Assembly (NCBI GenBank): GCA_043759945.1
Contig: JAYUPS010000333.1
Coordinates: 1-62,293, forward strand
DNA length: 62,293 bases
DNA from: Bdellovibrio sp.
GTDB taxonomy: Bacteria; Bdellovibrionota; Bdellovibrionia; Bdellovibrionales; Bdellovibrionaceae
Direction: 5' to 3'
The translations under genes were made by a program, and so were the position numbers. The notes below the pieces were generated by a model. It did not search any database. It was not told the DNA's origin and worked only from the letters and a program-made list of their open reading frames with translations. Shown in pieces: positions 18,145 to 28,287 of the stretch (positions are counted from its first letter, which is position 1; each line of letters opens with the position of its first letter).

Positions 18145-18765
18145 TTAAAGACTGTTTAAATCAAGTTCTCCGGCAGTTGTCCGCGACAACCGCTCTAAAT
18201 TTCCATTTGGCGCCGTTTTGAACTCACCCAAATAGGTTTTGCATTTGTTGATGTATTCCTCTCGCAGGACTTCAATCTCGGAAGCATTCATATCCTTCTG
18301 TGCAATCAGAAACATTTGGGTCTCTTCTTCTTTCATGTGGGCCTTTACCAGGTTTGCGACAACGATGGCCTTGGCCGCAATTTCTTCGTTCCACACAGTG
18401 AGATAATTCATTTTCAAAAGCTCATCTTCCAACTGAAAAGCCAAGTCGTGTTCGTCTTGACCGGCATATCCTTCAAGTCTGGCCTCTCTATCGCGGTTGA
18501 ATCGCAGATGAACATAAAGTGTTTCCTCTTCGGCTTTTCCGTGCATCTCAACCAATCGAAAAAACCGAATTAGATTTACTTGCTTGTCCGTGTCCGTCGC
18601 CGTTTTACTGGTAACGACATTAATTGATTCACTTAGGTATTGGTGATGTTCTTTTAAAACCGAAAAAAAATCTTTCTTCTCGACGCGCGCGACTTCAAGA
18701 GCTTCTTCCACTTCCATTAAAGACCGTGGTTCGCCGTGGAAAAGATCTTTCATAAAATTCGACAT
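18145..18765 (-). CDS. hemerythrin-like (HHE cation-binding) domain protein
   Basis: ATG at 18765 lies 7 nt after AAGGAG. His/Glu motifs are EHHQYLSE, EMHGKAEEETLY and KAHMKEEETQMF. Confidence 0.55.
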   Translation of the reverse strand: MSNFMKDLFHGEPRSLMEVEEALEVARVEKKDFFSVLKEHHQYLSESINVVTSKTATDTDKQVNLIRFFRLVEMHGKAEEETLYVHLRFNRDREARLEGYAGQDEHDLAFQLEDELLKMNYLTVWNEEIAAKAIVVANLVKAHMKEEETQMFLIAQKDMNASEIEVLREEYINKCKTYLGEFKTAPNGNLERLSRTTAGELDLNSL

Positions 18766-18902
18766 CTCAAACTCCTTGCTTTCAATTGTGGAAGATTTCC
18801 CCTCGGAAACCTTCCCACTCCAATATTTGTATACAGTCTGCAAAAGCTACGCCTTGGGTTAGCTCGGCATCGGCGTTGCATTAAAAAGTGCGGAGGGAAC
18901 TT

Positions 18903-19559
18903 ATGGCGAACCACATTTTCCAAGATCGAAAACAGGCCGGGCAACTCCTTGGGCAATGCTTACGTATTCTACCCTCTGAGAATTTGATAAATACCCTAAT
19001 AGTAGCTTTGCCCCGTGGTGGGGTTCCCGTGGGATTTGAAATATCAAATTTACTTGGTCTTCCACTGGAGACTTTAATTGTTCGAAAAATTGAACATCCT
19101 CGCCACGAAGGGATGGCCATCGGCGCTCTTGTCGAAGGGGGACTTTCTTCGCTCTACGAAGACGAAGGTTTTGGAACGGACGTTTCCGGCGAAATAATTC
19201 AGGAAATTATTCGCAAAGAAAAATTGGAAATTACGCGCCAGGCGGAAAAATACCGCGATGGAAAATCCCATACCCCCTTTGCCGGTAAAAATATTATTTT
19301 AGTGGATGATGGTTTAGTGAGCGGATTGACAGCCAAGGCGGCCAGTCATTATTGCCGCTCCAAAGGGGCCCGAAGCGTGATGATCGCTGTTCCGGTTTGC
19401 TCACAAAAAACGATTGTAAAGCTGCAGGGTGAAGTCGATGTTTTGATTTGTTTAACTTCGCCCCATTACTTTTCAGCGGTGGGATATTCCTACATGGATT
19501 ATCATCAAGTTTCTGATGAAGAAGTTGTAAAAATTTTAGATCAAAGAGTCATCGGCTGA
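18903..19559 (+). CDS. phosphoribosyltransferase family protein
   Basis: ATG at 18903 follows GGAGGG. The PRPP-binding motif is NIILVDDGLVSGLTAKAA. Confidence 0.75.
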   Translation: MANHIFQDRKQAGQLLGQCLRILPSENLINTLIVALPRGGVPVGFEISNLLGLPLETLIVRKIEHPRHEGMAIGALVEGGLSSLYEDEGFGTDVSGEIIQEIIRKEKLEITRQAEKYRDGKSHTPFAGKNIILVDDGLVSGLTAKAASHYCRSKGARSVMIAVPVCSQKTIVKLQGEVDVLICLTSPHYFSAVGYSYMDYHQVSDEEVVKILDQRVIG

Positions 19560-19815
19560 ACTTCAGGATCTTCGACTTTTACCGGCGGAACAATCTCGGG
19601 ATCTTCCTTGGTGGGTGGTGTGCGTGGTGGTGGATTTTTTTTCTTGTCATTCATAATTTTCTTATCGATGCAACGTTGAGACCATGCTTGAAAAAACGCC
19701 TAAAGCACATAATATTGATAAAAACTTAAGAATCACGTTGCACTATTTCCCCCTTCGCCACCATTGTGAACCACAGATATGTTTGGAATGTGTTTGGAAA
19801 TAGAGGAGGTTGTTA

Positions 19816-20799
19816 ATGAAAGTTGATAAAGCCAGCAGAACGGCACTTACAATTAGCCTAAGTCAGTTTGTGCTCCAATCCCACGAGCCCTTCAAAGCTT
19901 TAATGTCCACAGAGCAAACCACGGTGGCCACCGAAGTTTACAAGTATTTTCATCCGGTTCTTTATCAAATTTTAAATTTTCTGCGGCCCTTTGGTTTTTT
20001 CATCCGCCTTTTGGGACGTATTCAAAGCAAGCGGGCCGTTGGCGGGCTTTCTAGTTATTGGATTGTTCGCAAACGTGCGATTCAAGACGCCGTCGAGGGC
20101 GTCTTGAAAAACGAAAAAGACATTCAAGTTGTGGCTTTGGCCGCCGGCTTTGACACCCTCACGCATCGACTTTCAAAAAAATATCCCCTGGTCGAGTTTT
20201 TTGAAACCGATCATCCGGCCACCCAGCGGGTGAAATGTTTGGTCTACGAAAAGTTGGGCATGTTTACCAAAAACAATCACATTGTCCCCTGCGATTACAC
20301 CAAAGTGTCCGTTGAGAGCATGCTCGAAAAACATCCTCGATTTGATTGCGCAAAAAAAACGATCTTTATGGCCGAAGGTCTAATGATGTATTTGCCGCAC
20401 GAGATCTATTTAAAAATGCTTGGTTCCATGAAGAATTTTATTAATGCGGACTCATTTATGATTTTTAGTTACCTGCAAAATCGACCCAACGGAAAACCCG
20501 GATTTAAAGATCAAAGTGAACGCTTGGATCCGTGGCTGGAAGAAAAGGGCGAACCATTTATGTGGGGACAGAGCCCTATGCAGCTTGAAGCTGAAGTGAT
20601 TAACGAGGGTTACGAGATTATCTCGCACTTTAATCACGAGACTTTAAAGCAGGTGTACTTTAAAAATAAAGACGTCAAGTTTGCCGAGGGCGAAAATATT
20701 GCCCTTGTGGGACACCGCAAAGGGAACGTGGCAAAAAGCAACTTTTCCGCTTCGAGAGAGAATCATTTTTCCCCGCCAGAGCTCAACGCCCAGCTTTAA
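19816..20799 (+). CDS. class I SAM-dependent methyltransferase (leucine carboxyl methyltransferase / TIGR00027-like)
   Basis: ATG at 19816 follows GAGGAGG. Motifs are VVALAAGFDTLTHRL, ETDHPATQRVK and IFMAEGLMMYLP. Confidence 0.65.
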   Translation: MKVDKASRTALTISLSQFVLQSHEPFKALMSTEQTTVATEVYKYFHPVLYQILNFLRPFGFFIRLLGRIQSKRAVGGLSSYWIVRKRAIQDAVEGVLKNEKDIQVVALAAGFDTLTHRLSKKYPLVEFFETDHPATQRVKCLVYEKLGMFTKNNHIVPCDYTKVSVESMLEKHPRFDCAKKTIFMAEGLMMYLPHEIYLKMLGSMKNFINADSFMIFSYLQNRPNGKPGFKDQSERLDPWLEEKGEPFMWGQSPMQLEAEVINEGYEIISHFNHETLKQVYFKNKDVKFAEGENIALVGHRKGNVAKSNFSASRENHFSPPELNAQL

Positions 20800-20861
20800 A
20801 TTCACGGACTTGTTGGCCCTTAATGTGCTTTGTCCAAGGACCAGACAAAGGATGGTCCTCT

Positions 20862-21980
20862 ATGAACAATTCCCTTAAAAAAGAACTCTCGCTCCTGACC
20901 GGCTTATTGGCCTTTTCGGCAAAAAGTAAACATCCCGTTTTATGTCGAATACTTTCGTTTGCTGCCGGCGCAATTTATCTGTCCTCAATTTCTAAAGATT
21001 TTGATTTTAATGGGAAAAGCGTGCTTATCACTGGTGGTTCCCGCGGGCTTGGTCTTTCGCTCGCATGGAATCTTTTGGAAAAGGGCGCACAAGTGACTTT
21101 GCTTGCGCGTGAACAGGCTGAACTGGATCGAGCCAAAAACCAACTTTTGGGCGATTACCCAAGCGCCAGCATTATTACCATTGTCTGTGACGTTACCCAA
21201 AAAGTTGATCTGCAGAATGCTTTTGAAAAAGCCATCGTCGAAATGAATGGCATTGATCTGTTAATTAACAATGCCGGATCTATTTTGGTGGGGCCCTTTA
21301 CATCGATGGAATTGGAAGATTTTGAAGCTCAAATGAATCTCCATCTTTACGCGGTAGTTCACGCCACCCAATTGGCCGTGCCCCACTTTAAATCTCGTGG
21401 GGGCGGTCGGATTCTTAATATCTGCTCGATGGGCGGGAAAGTTGCCGTTCCGCACATGCTTCCCTACGACGCTTCTAAATTTGCGCTGGCCGGATTTAGT
21501 CAGGGTGTGACCGCTGAATTAGCTAAAGACGAAATCATCGTCACTACGGCCTACCCAACACTGCTGCGAACAGGGTCCGCCATACAGGCGGTGTTCAAAG
21601 GGGAGCACGAGAAAGAATTCGCCTGGTTTGAAACCGTAGACAATATGCCCGGTATTTCAATGTCGGCTGATTCTGCAGCTAAAAAAATATTAAGTGCCGT
21701 CCAAGATGGGCAAAGTGAAGTCATTCTTTCGGTTCCTGCAAAATTAAGAATGATGGTGGGCGCATTTCTACCGGAGACTATGGGAATGTTGATGGGCCTA
21801 GCTGATCGGTTTATGCCCCAAGGGGATTCCACTCTGCGAAAAACCGGAGCCGACAGCCAAAGCCTGCTTGAAAATTCGAAGTACTTAAAACCAATTTTGG
21901 ATAAGGCGCGCAAAGACGAGGCGAAGTACAACCAGGAGCCCCATCACGACGCCGAAAAAAATATGGGGCTTTTGCATTAG
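20862..21980 (+). CDS. SDR family oxidoreductase with N-terminal hydrophobic segment
   Basis: Motifs are VLITGGSRGLGLSLA (TGxxxGxG), NNAGS and YDASKFA (YxxxK). The start could be 20823 or 20862. Confidence 0.8.
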   Translation: MNNSLKKELSLLTGLLAFSAKSKHPVLCRILSFAAGAIYLSSISKDFDFNGKSVLITGGSRGLGLSLAWNLLEKGAQVTLLAREQAELDRAKNQLLGDYPSASIITIVCDVTQKVDLQNAFEKAIVEMNGIDLLINNAGSILVGPFTSMELEDFEAQMNLHLYAVVHATQLAVPHFKSRGGGRILNICSMGGKVAVPHMLPYDASKFALAGFSQGVTAELAKDEIIVTTAYPTLLRTGSAIQAVFKGEHEKEFAWFETVDNMPGISMSADSAAKKILSAVQDGQSEVILSVPAKLRMMVGAFLPETMGMLMGLADRFMPQGDSTLRKTGADSQSLLENSKYLKPILDKARKDEAKYNQEPHHDAEKNMGLLH

Positions 21981-23572
21981 GTTAATAGCTGGTCAAAATC
22001 CGGGTCTTTCGTAATGATCGATCCCGGAACGTAAGGCTCGGAATCTTGAATGGGTTCTAATCCCGAAAGTGCCGGTCCCGTTATCACGTGACCATCCACC
22101 GCAAATCGCGAACCATGACATGGGCAGTCCCAGGATTTTTCGACGGAATTCCAGTGAACAATGCCCCCCAAATGAGGGCATACCGCACTGACTTCGGTTA
22201 AAGCGCCATTTTCGTTCTTGAACACCGCCACTTTCTTAAAGTCTTTTAAAATAACGGCGCCTTCACCGCGTTTGATTTCATTCAGATTGTTCACTTCCGA
22301 GGGTTTTAGGTAGTCTTTGTACTGCCAAGCAACGTTCAAATTTTCTTTTAAAAATTCCACTGCCGAACCAAACATCGTGCGAGACGGATCATAAAGCTCT
22401 TCCCAGGGATGTCCGCGTCCGTTGACCAATTCGAGCAACATCATCCCTGCAATTGTGCCGTAAGTTAAACCCTGACCGGTGTCACCCGTCACGACAAAAG
22501 TATTTTTGTCCCCGGGATTTCTACCGATGAATGCCAGGCCATCGTTGGATTCCCAAACCTGGCCAGACCACTGATATTTGAATGAATTGATCATCGGAAA
22601 TTTTTCTAAGGACCATTTTTTTAGATTTTCAAAACAATGTTTTGGATCGTCTTCTTGACCCGTTTTGTGATCCTCACCACCCAGAATTAAAGTTTCGTAA
22701 TATTCCGATTCCTGATCCGGTGCAACCCGAACGTAATGATAGGGATCTTCGGTGTCCCAATAGAGCGCCCACGATACGCTACTCTTTGGAATCTGGGCTC
22801 CGACAACGTAGGTGCGGTAGGGAGCTTGCTTGGTGTGAATGGCAAATCGATCGTTGATGGGCGAGTTGGTCGCCACAATAATTTTATCGGCTGTAATTAC
22901 TTTGCCATCAGACAAAATAACTTTTGCGGGATCATCTTCGACACTTTTTACCACGCACTGATCAAAAACTTGGCCGCCGTACTTTTCAATCGCCCGCACC
23001 AGTCCATTCATGTATTTAATCGGATGAAACTGCGCTTGATTGGGAATACGGAGTGCTTTTCCGGTGCTAAAAAATAAACTTGAGACTCCATCTTCCAATT
23101 GGACATCTTGAAAGCCCAATTTCTGAAGGGTCTCAAACTCGTCATTAATTTCTTTCGCGGCCGAATCCGGTTCAGAATAAAGATAGCCATCCACACGTGC
23201 AAAATCGCAATCAATGTCCTCGGTGCGGCAGATCGTTTCAATTTGGTCAATCGCGTCCCGGTGACTCTCGATGATGAGCCGAGTTTTGGCTTCTCCCAAA
23301 CGTCGATTGAAATCAGTAAAATGGGTATCGGTCTTATAAGTCAGATGCGCCGAGGTTCGGCCTGTTTGCCCCCCAGATATTGGACCCCTATCAACGACCA
23401 CCACGGTTTTTCCGTGTTTAGCCAATTGATATGCCGCAGAAAGGCCAGCAATTCCCGCTCCAATAACACAAACCTCAACAGCCGTGCTGGTTGAGCCTTT
23501 TAGGGGCGAAAATGGAGCAACCTCCATCCATGTGGAAACAGTTTCCCCAGAATTTGTCTTGCGCGTATCCAT
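21977..23572 (-). CDS. FAD-dependent oxidoreductase fused to a C-terminal Rieske [2Fe-2S] domain
   Basis: The dinucleotide fold is VCVIGAGIAGLSAAYQL. The Rieske motif is CPHLGG...CPCHGSRF. The start is ambiguous (23572 or 23608). Confidence 0.8.
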   Translation of the reverse strand: MDTRKTNSGETVSTWMEVAPFSPLKGSTSTAVEVCVIGAGIAGLSAAYQLAKHGKTVVVVDRGPISGGQTGRTSAHLTYKTDTHFTDFNRRLGEAKTRLIIESHRDAIDQIETICRTEDIDCDFARVDGYLYSEPDSAAKEINDEFETLQKLGFQDVQLEDGVSSLFFSTGKALRIPNQAQFHPIKYMNGLVRAIEKYGGQVFDQCVVKSVEDDPAKVILSDGKVITADKIIVATNSPINDRFAIHTKQAPYRTYVVGAQIPKSSVSWALYWDTEDPYHYVRVAPDQESEYYETLILGGEDHKTGQEDDPKHCFENLKKWSLEKFPMINSFKYQWSGQVWESNDGLAFIGRNPGDKNTFVVTGDTGQGLTYGTIAGMMLLELVNGRGHPWEELYDPSRTMFGSAVEFLKENLNVAWQYKDYLKPSEVNNLNEIKRGEGAVILKDFKKVAVFKNENGALTEVSAVCPHLGGIVHWNSVEKSWDCPCHGSRFAVDGHVITGPALSGLEPIQDSEPYVPGSIITKDPDFDQLLT

Positions 23573-23704
23573 AATTAACCCCCATTTCATCAAACTTCGT
23601 TTGTGCAAGATGCAAGCCGCCTATTTTTTTCAAAACATAATGGCCGTCCGTGACAACCTGGCTCAAAAAAAATAGGACCAGGTCCACCGCAAATAGGAGA
23701 GTTC

Positions 23705-24409
23705 ATGAGATTCATTAAAAATTTGGCACTACTTCTAGCCCTCGCAAATCCGGCTCAAGCTATTCAGTGGCAATCCGTTTTTGTCGCGGGAGACAACTCG
23801 ATTGAAAATTTTGATAATGGCCGAAAAGATCTTTCGCAAATGTTTGGACAGATAGGCCAGTTGAATCAGGTTCATTTGTCATCGGCTCAAAATGAAATTT
23901 CGGAAACAAAAGGCGTCTGGGCCGCCACTCAACCCAATCTTTCTAGTGCGTTTCCTGATCAGACAGTTGGGGCCGGTGAAGGCTGTTTGGTGCACATGAC
24001 GTCTCATGGAGCTAAATCCCAAGGCTTCTACTTAGCTCTTTCAGGAATTTTGTCGCCGGCTTCGTTCGCTCAGTTCGTGAATCGTCGCTGCGGAAAAGCA
24101 CCGACAATTGTTTTGATTTCAGCCTGCTTTTCGGGGCAGTTCGTTACTCCCGCGCTTCAGGGCGACAACCGCGTAATCCTGACTGCGGCCAGTTCAGAGC
24201 GTCCCAGTTTTGGTTGCAGTCCCGACACCAGGTACACGTATTGGGACAACTGCCTGCTGCAGGAAGTTCCCCGTTCCCGCAATTGGACCGATGTGGCCAC
24301 CAATGTACGTAATTGCATTCAAGCCCGCGAAAGTGCTGAGGGCTTTGAGAGTTCAAATCCGCAAAGCTTTATCGGGACTGCCGCTAAAGCTTGGATCAAT
24401 CTACTTTAA
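23705..24409 (+). CDS. secreted peptidase C13 (legumain/caspase-fold)-like protein
   Basis: SD AGGAGA. The signal peptide is LALLLALANPAQA. The His-Cys dyad context is VHMTSHGA and LISACFSG, followed by TAASSERPSFGC. Confidence 0.55.
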   Translation: MRFIKNLALLLALANPAQAIQWQSVFVAGDNSIENFDNGRKDLSQMFGQIGQLNQVHLSSAQNEISETKGVWAATQPNLSSAFPDQTVGAGEGCLVHMTSHGAKSQGFYLALSGILSPASFAQFVNRRCGKAPTIVLISACFSGQFVTPALQGDNRVILTAASSERPSFGCSPDTRYTYWDNCLLQEVPRSRNWTDVATNVRNCIQARESAEGFESSNPQSFIGTAAKAWINLL

Positions 24410-24418
24410 TCGAATTTT

Positions 24419-24874
24419 TTAGTTAAGACGGTGGCCTTGCAGTTCGCAGCTAACCTGCCACCGTGCACCGTCTTCGGATATTTCCCATAAAATTGACATG
24501 GTATTACCGTCCGCGCTCAACTTGATACTTGCGCGCTCGTTTTCCCCGTCACATTTAATTTCGCCGTCTTGAACTTCCAGGCCGTAAATTCTAAGAAATC
24601 CTGAATTTGAAATCGAATAGGAAAGATATTTGCCGGTACTGCTGTCGTAACCAATCCAGCCCATCCCGGTGAAACGTTTGTTTCCCACCATGCGATCAAA
24701 GTGATTAATCAGAAAATATTCACCCTCGAACCATTCGTAAGTCTCTTCGCCGGTGATGTTAAGGCCTTCGACGCGCCAAGTGCCGACAAAGGCATTCAAA
24801 TGGTGGTGTCCGGGTCCCTCTTCGGGCTTGGCTGTGTTGCGATTTTTCAAGGCTTCTTTAAGTTCGGTCAGCAT
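24419..24874 (-). CDS. hypothetical protein (DUF1579-like beta-barrel, weak)
   Basis: Start is taken at MLTELKE (24874). The LNAFVGTWRVEG pattern supports the assignment. There is no signal peptide. Confidence 0.5.
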   Translation of the reverse strand: MLTELKEALKNRNTAKPEEGPGHHHLNAFVGTWRVEGLNITGEETYEWFEGEYFLINHFDRMVGNKRFTGMGWIGYDSSTGKYLSYSISNSGFLRIYGLEVQDGEIKCDGENERASIKLSADGNTMSILWEISEDGARWQVSCELQGHRLN

Positions 24875-24885
24875 GGATCCCCCCG

Positions 24886-25692
24886 CTACTTGCATCTGAT
24901 ATCGTGCAAGATCTTAGGAATGATTTCAAAAAGATCACTGGCAAGCAAGGACAAATGATCCCGCCCCGACTTGGTCCATTCTTGCGACGCTTGCCCGTGT
25001 ACAAAGGCTCCTAAGCTTGCTGCCTGCATGGGCGACAAACCTTGTGCCAATAGACCCGTAATAACGCCTGTTAATACGTCACCCGTTCCCGCTTTAGCCA
25101 AACTTGAATTACCGCTAGCAACTTTTATTTTTGATCGGGAATTTATTATTTTTGTTACAGCACCCTTTAATAAAATATGACAGCCGTATTTTTTCTGCGC
25201 TTGTTTCAAAGATCCCTGCTTACCGATCAATCGCGAAAGCTCGCCTGTGTGCGGGGTTAAAATCCAAGATTCAGGCAAAGGGTAGATCTTCTTTTTCGCA
25301 ATCACGGTTAGAGCGTCCGCGTCGCAGACAACGTTTTGAATTTTTAATTTTAACAAAAGACGTAGAATCTTTTCGGTCCGACTTGTGACACCAAGGCCTG
25401 GTCCGATTGCGATGGCATCAAAGTGAGCGTAATCTTTGAAGCCGAAGTTTTTTATTAAAAAATCAGGATGTCGATGCACCGGAAAATGTCGAGTGTCCGT
25501 TTGGAGATACGTGTACCCGGAACCCACTCGGGCGGCGGCGGTTGCGGCTAAAACCGCAGCGCCAAATAAACTCTGGCTTCCAGCTATAATTAGAGTCTTT
25601 CCGCCATGAGTTTTATTGTCTTTTGTTTTTCGGCGCGGCAGTTTAGTCAGGTAACGCTGGCTATTGGGATTCAAAAGACGTGCAATCTTCAT
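24886..25692 (-). CDS. nnrD: ADP-dependent NAD(P)H-hydrate dehydratase (YjeF C-terminal domain)
   Basis: Motifs are GGKTLIIAGS...GAAVLAATAAARVGSGYTYL, LLKGAVT and AKAGTGDVLTGVITGLLAQG. Confidence 0.85.
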   Translation of the reverse strand: MKIARLLNPNSQRYLTKLPRRKTKDNKTHGGKTLIIAGSQSLFGAAVLAATAAARVGSGYTYLQTDTRHFPVHRHPDFLIKNFGFKDYAHFDAIAIGPGLGVTSRTEKILRLLLKLKIQNVVCDADALTVIAKKKIYPLPESWILTPHTGELSRLIGKQGSLKQAQKKYGCHILLKGAVTKIINSRSKIKVASGNSSLAKAGTGDVLTGVITGLLAQGLSPMQAASLGAFVHGQASQEWTKSGRDHLSLLASDLFEIIPKILHDIRCK

Positions 25693-25739
25693 ACGGACGG
25701 GATAACAAATTTTTCTGATGGCGACTAGGAACGGTTAGC

Positions 25740-26339
25740 ATGACACCCCTTGAGATTGCAGAACAATTGGGCCGAAATGGTCTTTGTGTTTGTCCAAATT
25801 ATCTTTCGGGCCAATTGCTCTTGGATCTGCACGGCGATCTGATTCAGCAGCAGTCCACGGGACAATTTAAGCGGGCGAGTATTGGTCAGGGCTCTTCGAA
25901 GCAAATCTTTGACTCCGTTCGACGGGATGAAATTTTTTGGTGGGAACGAGCCTCATCTAATTCGACCAAAAATCTGTTGTGGGAAAAACTTGATAGCTTA
26001 CAACAGGCGCTGAATCGCACTTTGTTCCTGGGAGTTCAAAGTTTTGAGGGCCACTACGCCTATTATCCTGCCGGCGGCTTTTACCAACGTCACCGGGATT
26101 CTTTCCCTTCAAAAAATGACCGGATTGTTTCATTGGTTGTTTACCTGAATCCCGACTGGAAATCCGAAGACGGAGGACGCCTTCGGATCTACGACAAAGA
26201 TCAATTCTTCGACATAGATCCCGTTGGCGGAACTTTGGTTGCTTTTTTGAGTGAAGCGATCGAGCACGAGGTTTGCCCAAGCCAGTCCCCTCGGTGCAGT
26301 TTTACTGGTTGGTTTAAGCGCGCCGAACCTGGTGAATAA
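25740..26339 (+). CDS. 2OG-Fe(II) oxygenase (prolyl 4-hydroxylase-like)
   Basis: Motifs are YQRHRDSF (HxD), GGRLRIY and AIEHEV (distal His). Confidence 0.7.
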   Translation: MTPLEIAEQLGRNGLCVCPNYLSGQLLLDLHGDLIQQQSTGQFKRASIGQGSSKQIFDSVRRDEIFWWERASSNSTKNLLWEKLDSLQQALNRTLFLGVQSFEGHYAYYPAGGFYQRHRDSFPSKNDRIVSLVVYLNPDWKSEDGGRLRIYDKDQFFDIDPVGGTLVAFLSEAIEHEVCPSQSPRCSFTGWFKRAEPGE

Positions 26340-26763
26340 TTTCGTCAAGTTTGGCTAAAAACTGGGACTTTGCTTTTTTGTCCATGGGCGCAGGTCCTCC
26401 GCGATTTTCACCCATATGCCTTAGATTCTGCATGAGCTCTCTTGTTGCCACAGCCGTTCCGATATTGTCTTCGGTAAACTCAATGCCCTTGTGTCCCAAA
26501 ACCCGCATTGATTTTTTCAGGCAGGCGTTCGCGAGCAAAATATCTACGGTAATAACGATATCTTTGGCTGAGCCGTTCTCAACGATCCAGTCGTCGGCCG
26601 CATCAAAGTTTCCTTTCACCACCACCATTTCAATTTTTGGGTGAACCGGCAAACCAAGTTGCTTATTGGCTACCACCAAAACACCCAAATCGTAACGTGC
26701 GGCTACTTTGTAAACCTCGTCTTTGACGGGGCATCCATCCGCATCGATAAAAATTCGGATCAA
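26314..26763 (-). CDS. yaiI: YaiI/YqxD family protein (UPF0178/DUF188)
   Basis: The TTG start at 26763 overlaps the pqiB stop (TTGA). [32 protein letters not shown] aligns with my recollection of E. coli YaiI. Confidence 0.75.
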   Translation of the reverse strand: MIRIFIDADGCPVKDEVYKVAARYDLGVLVVANKQLGLPVHPKIEMVVVKGNFDAADDWIVENGSAKDIVITVDILLANACLKKSMRVLGHKGIEFTEDNIGTAVATRELMQNLRHMGENRGGPAPMDKKAKSQFLAKLDEIIHQVRRA

Positions 26764-27641
26764 GGAAACTCCAGCTTGGGGTTCCATTTTTCGTAGCCCT
26801 TGGGCGGTCCTGCCCCAAAGGCGAATCGGTGATTGGCTTTGGCCATGGGCTGAATCTCGTTTGGCGTCGCAAATTCGATACCGCCATTCATAATCGAATC
26901 CATCGAATTGACTTTGATTTCTGATCCAAACAGTCCAAGCTTTGCGTGCACACCGACCTTGCGCCAAAATTGCGTGTTGTCTCGGATCAGCTTCGTGTAC
27001 TTGTTTTCGATATTTATTTGAATTTGAATTTGTTGAGAGTCCTTCGATAAGCTCAAGACCGTGATCGTTCCGACTTTCAGTCCTCGATAGGTCACTGCAT
27101 TTCCGACGCTGACCGATTCTGCATTGTCAGCCGCTAAAACGTAGCTGCTAGTCTCGTCCCGGGTTTCGGTTGAATTGCTGCTCGTCTGAGCCTTGAACTC
27201 GTTTTTTTCTGCCCCGTCTGATTTTCCTGGTAACACTTCGATGTAGGATCCTTCGAACAAAGTTTCTAAGCCGCTGATCCCCTGGAAGCCGACCTTGGGC
27301 ATAACCATCGAGAATTTAGATCCCTCGACCGCAAATTGCTTGGCATCTTTACGTAAAACCACTGTTGCAACGACGTCTTTCATATCTTCAGAAATCGCAA
27401 GATCTGTGACGGTTCCCACGGCGACGCCTCGGTAACGCAATTTGGTTTTTTCAACTTGAATGCCACCGGCCTCTTCAAAAACAATCTTAATGACGGGTCC
27501 GTGTTGCCGGTAATAGTCGGCAATTAGCCAGCCCGTAATCAAGAGCGCGATAACGGGGAAAAGCCACAAGTACCAATCTGATTTTACTTTTTCAGGAATT
27601 TTAGGTTTCAAATTTTTTCTCCCACAGAATTCTTGGATCAA
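26760..27641 (-). CDS. pqiB: PqiB/MlaD (MCE domain) family protein
   Basis: An N-terminal TM segment ([18 protein letters not shown]) is followed by MCE-like repeats. The start is uncertain (27641, or TTG 27611). Confidence 0.7.
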   Translation of the reverse strand: MIQEFCGRKNLKPKIPEKVKSDWYLWLFPVIALLITGWLIADYYRQHGPVIKIVFEEAGGIQVEKTKLRYRGVAVGTVTDLAISEDMKDVVATVVLRKDAKQFAVEGSKFSMVMPKVGFQGISGLETLFEGSYIEVLPGKSDGAEKNEFKAQTSSNSTETRDETSSYVLAADNAESVSVGNAVTYRGLKVGTITVLSLSKDSQQIQIQINIENKYTKLIRDNTQFWRKVGVHAKLGLFGSEIKVNSMDSIMNGGIEFATPNEIQPMAKANHRFAFGAGPPKGYEKWNPKLEFP

Positions 27642-28215
27642 AGGCCGCTGATGCCAACATCGTAAATATCACAACAATTGCGAACATAAGGGAACCCAAC
27701 CCTGGTTCTACCGTTGTCCAAGGCGACAATTTCATGACGGCCACCAAAATAGCCAATAAGAAAATATCCAGCATGGACCAGCGCCCAACCGCTTCCACAA
27801 AGCTAAATATTTTCATTTTAAATCTTTGTTGCCGGTAAGAAGTCGGTCTTAAAGACAGATAAAACAACATCAGAATTTTTAAAAAAGGAATCAGGAAACT
27901 TGCCAAGAAAACAATGACTGCCACCGCAATGGATCCGGATTCGGCCAAAGAAACAATGCCTGACCAAATTGTAGAACTGTTGCGGTTCCCGTAGAGCTCA
28001 ATGGTCATAAAAGGGTACAGATTAGCCGGGACATAAAAGATTAAAGCCGTTAGTGAAAAGGCAATTGTCCACTTGGCATGGCGTCGTTCGTTGTGTTTGT
28101 TAACGTAACCACAATGATCGCAGGGTTGGTTGGTGGTCTCGTCCATGGGCCGAGGATGACTGCACACGCGACATTCGTAATAGCGCTGCGGCTTTGGTTC
28201 TTCCGGGGAGGTCAT
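27601..28215 (-). CDS. pqiA: paraquat-inducible protein A family membrane protein
   Basis: N-terminal zinc-ribbon CRVC...CDHCG followed by 4 TM helices. It lies immediately upstream of pqiB. Confidence 0.75.
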   Translation of the reverse strand: MTSPEEPKPQRYYECRVCSHPRPMDETTNQPCDHCGYVNKHNERRHAKWTIAFSLTALIFYVPANLYPFMTIELYGNRNSSTIWSGIVSLAESGSIAVAVIVFLASFLIPFLKILMLFYLSLRPTSYRQQRFKMKIFSFVEAVGRWSMLDIFLLAILVAVMKLSPWTTVEPGLGSLMFAIVVIFTMLASAAFDPRILWEKKFET

Positions 28216-28287
28216 TCTTTGGACCTTACCAGGGTGAAATGCACGCTGGCTAGGATAATGGTTTGAAGAAATCTACACATTGTTGAT

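Noticed and set aside
19541-19654. 37-aa Pro-rich minus-strand ORF (MNDKKKNPPPRTPPTKEDPEIVPPVKVEDPEVQPMTL)
   Set aside because: The ribosome-binding site is poor, the ORF overlaps the 3' end of the phosphoribosyltransferase gene, and it is too short to evaluate without conservation data.
23640-23680. A8 tract followed by the GGACC-A-GGTCC mini-palindrome upstream of the Rieske-FAD gene
   Set aside because: The stem is too short and the loop too small for a terminator. It is on the wrong side of the neighbouring genes to terminate anything.
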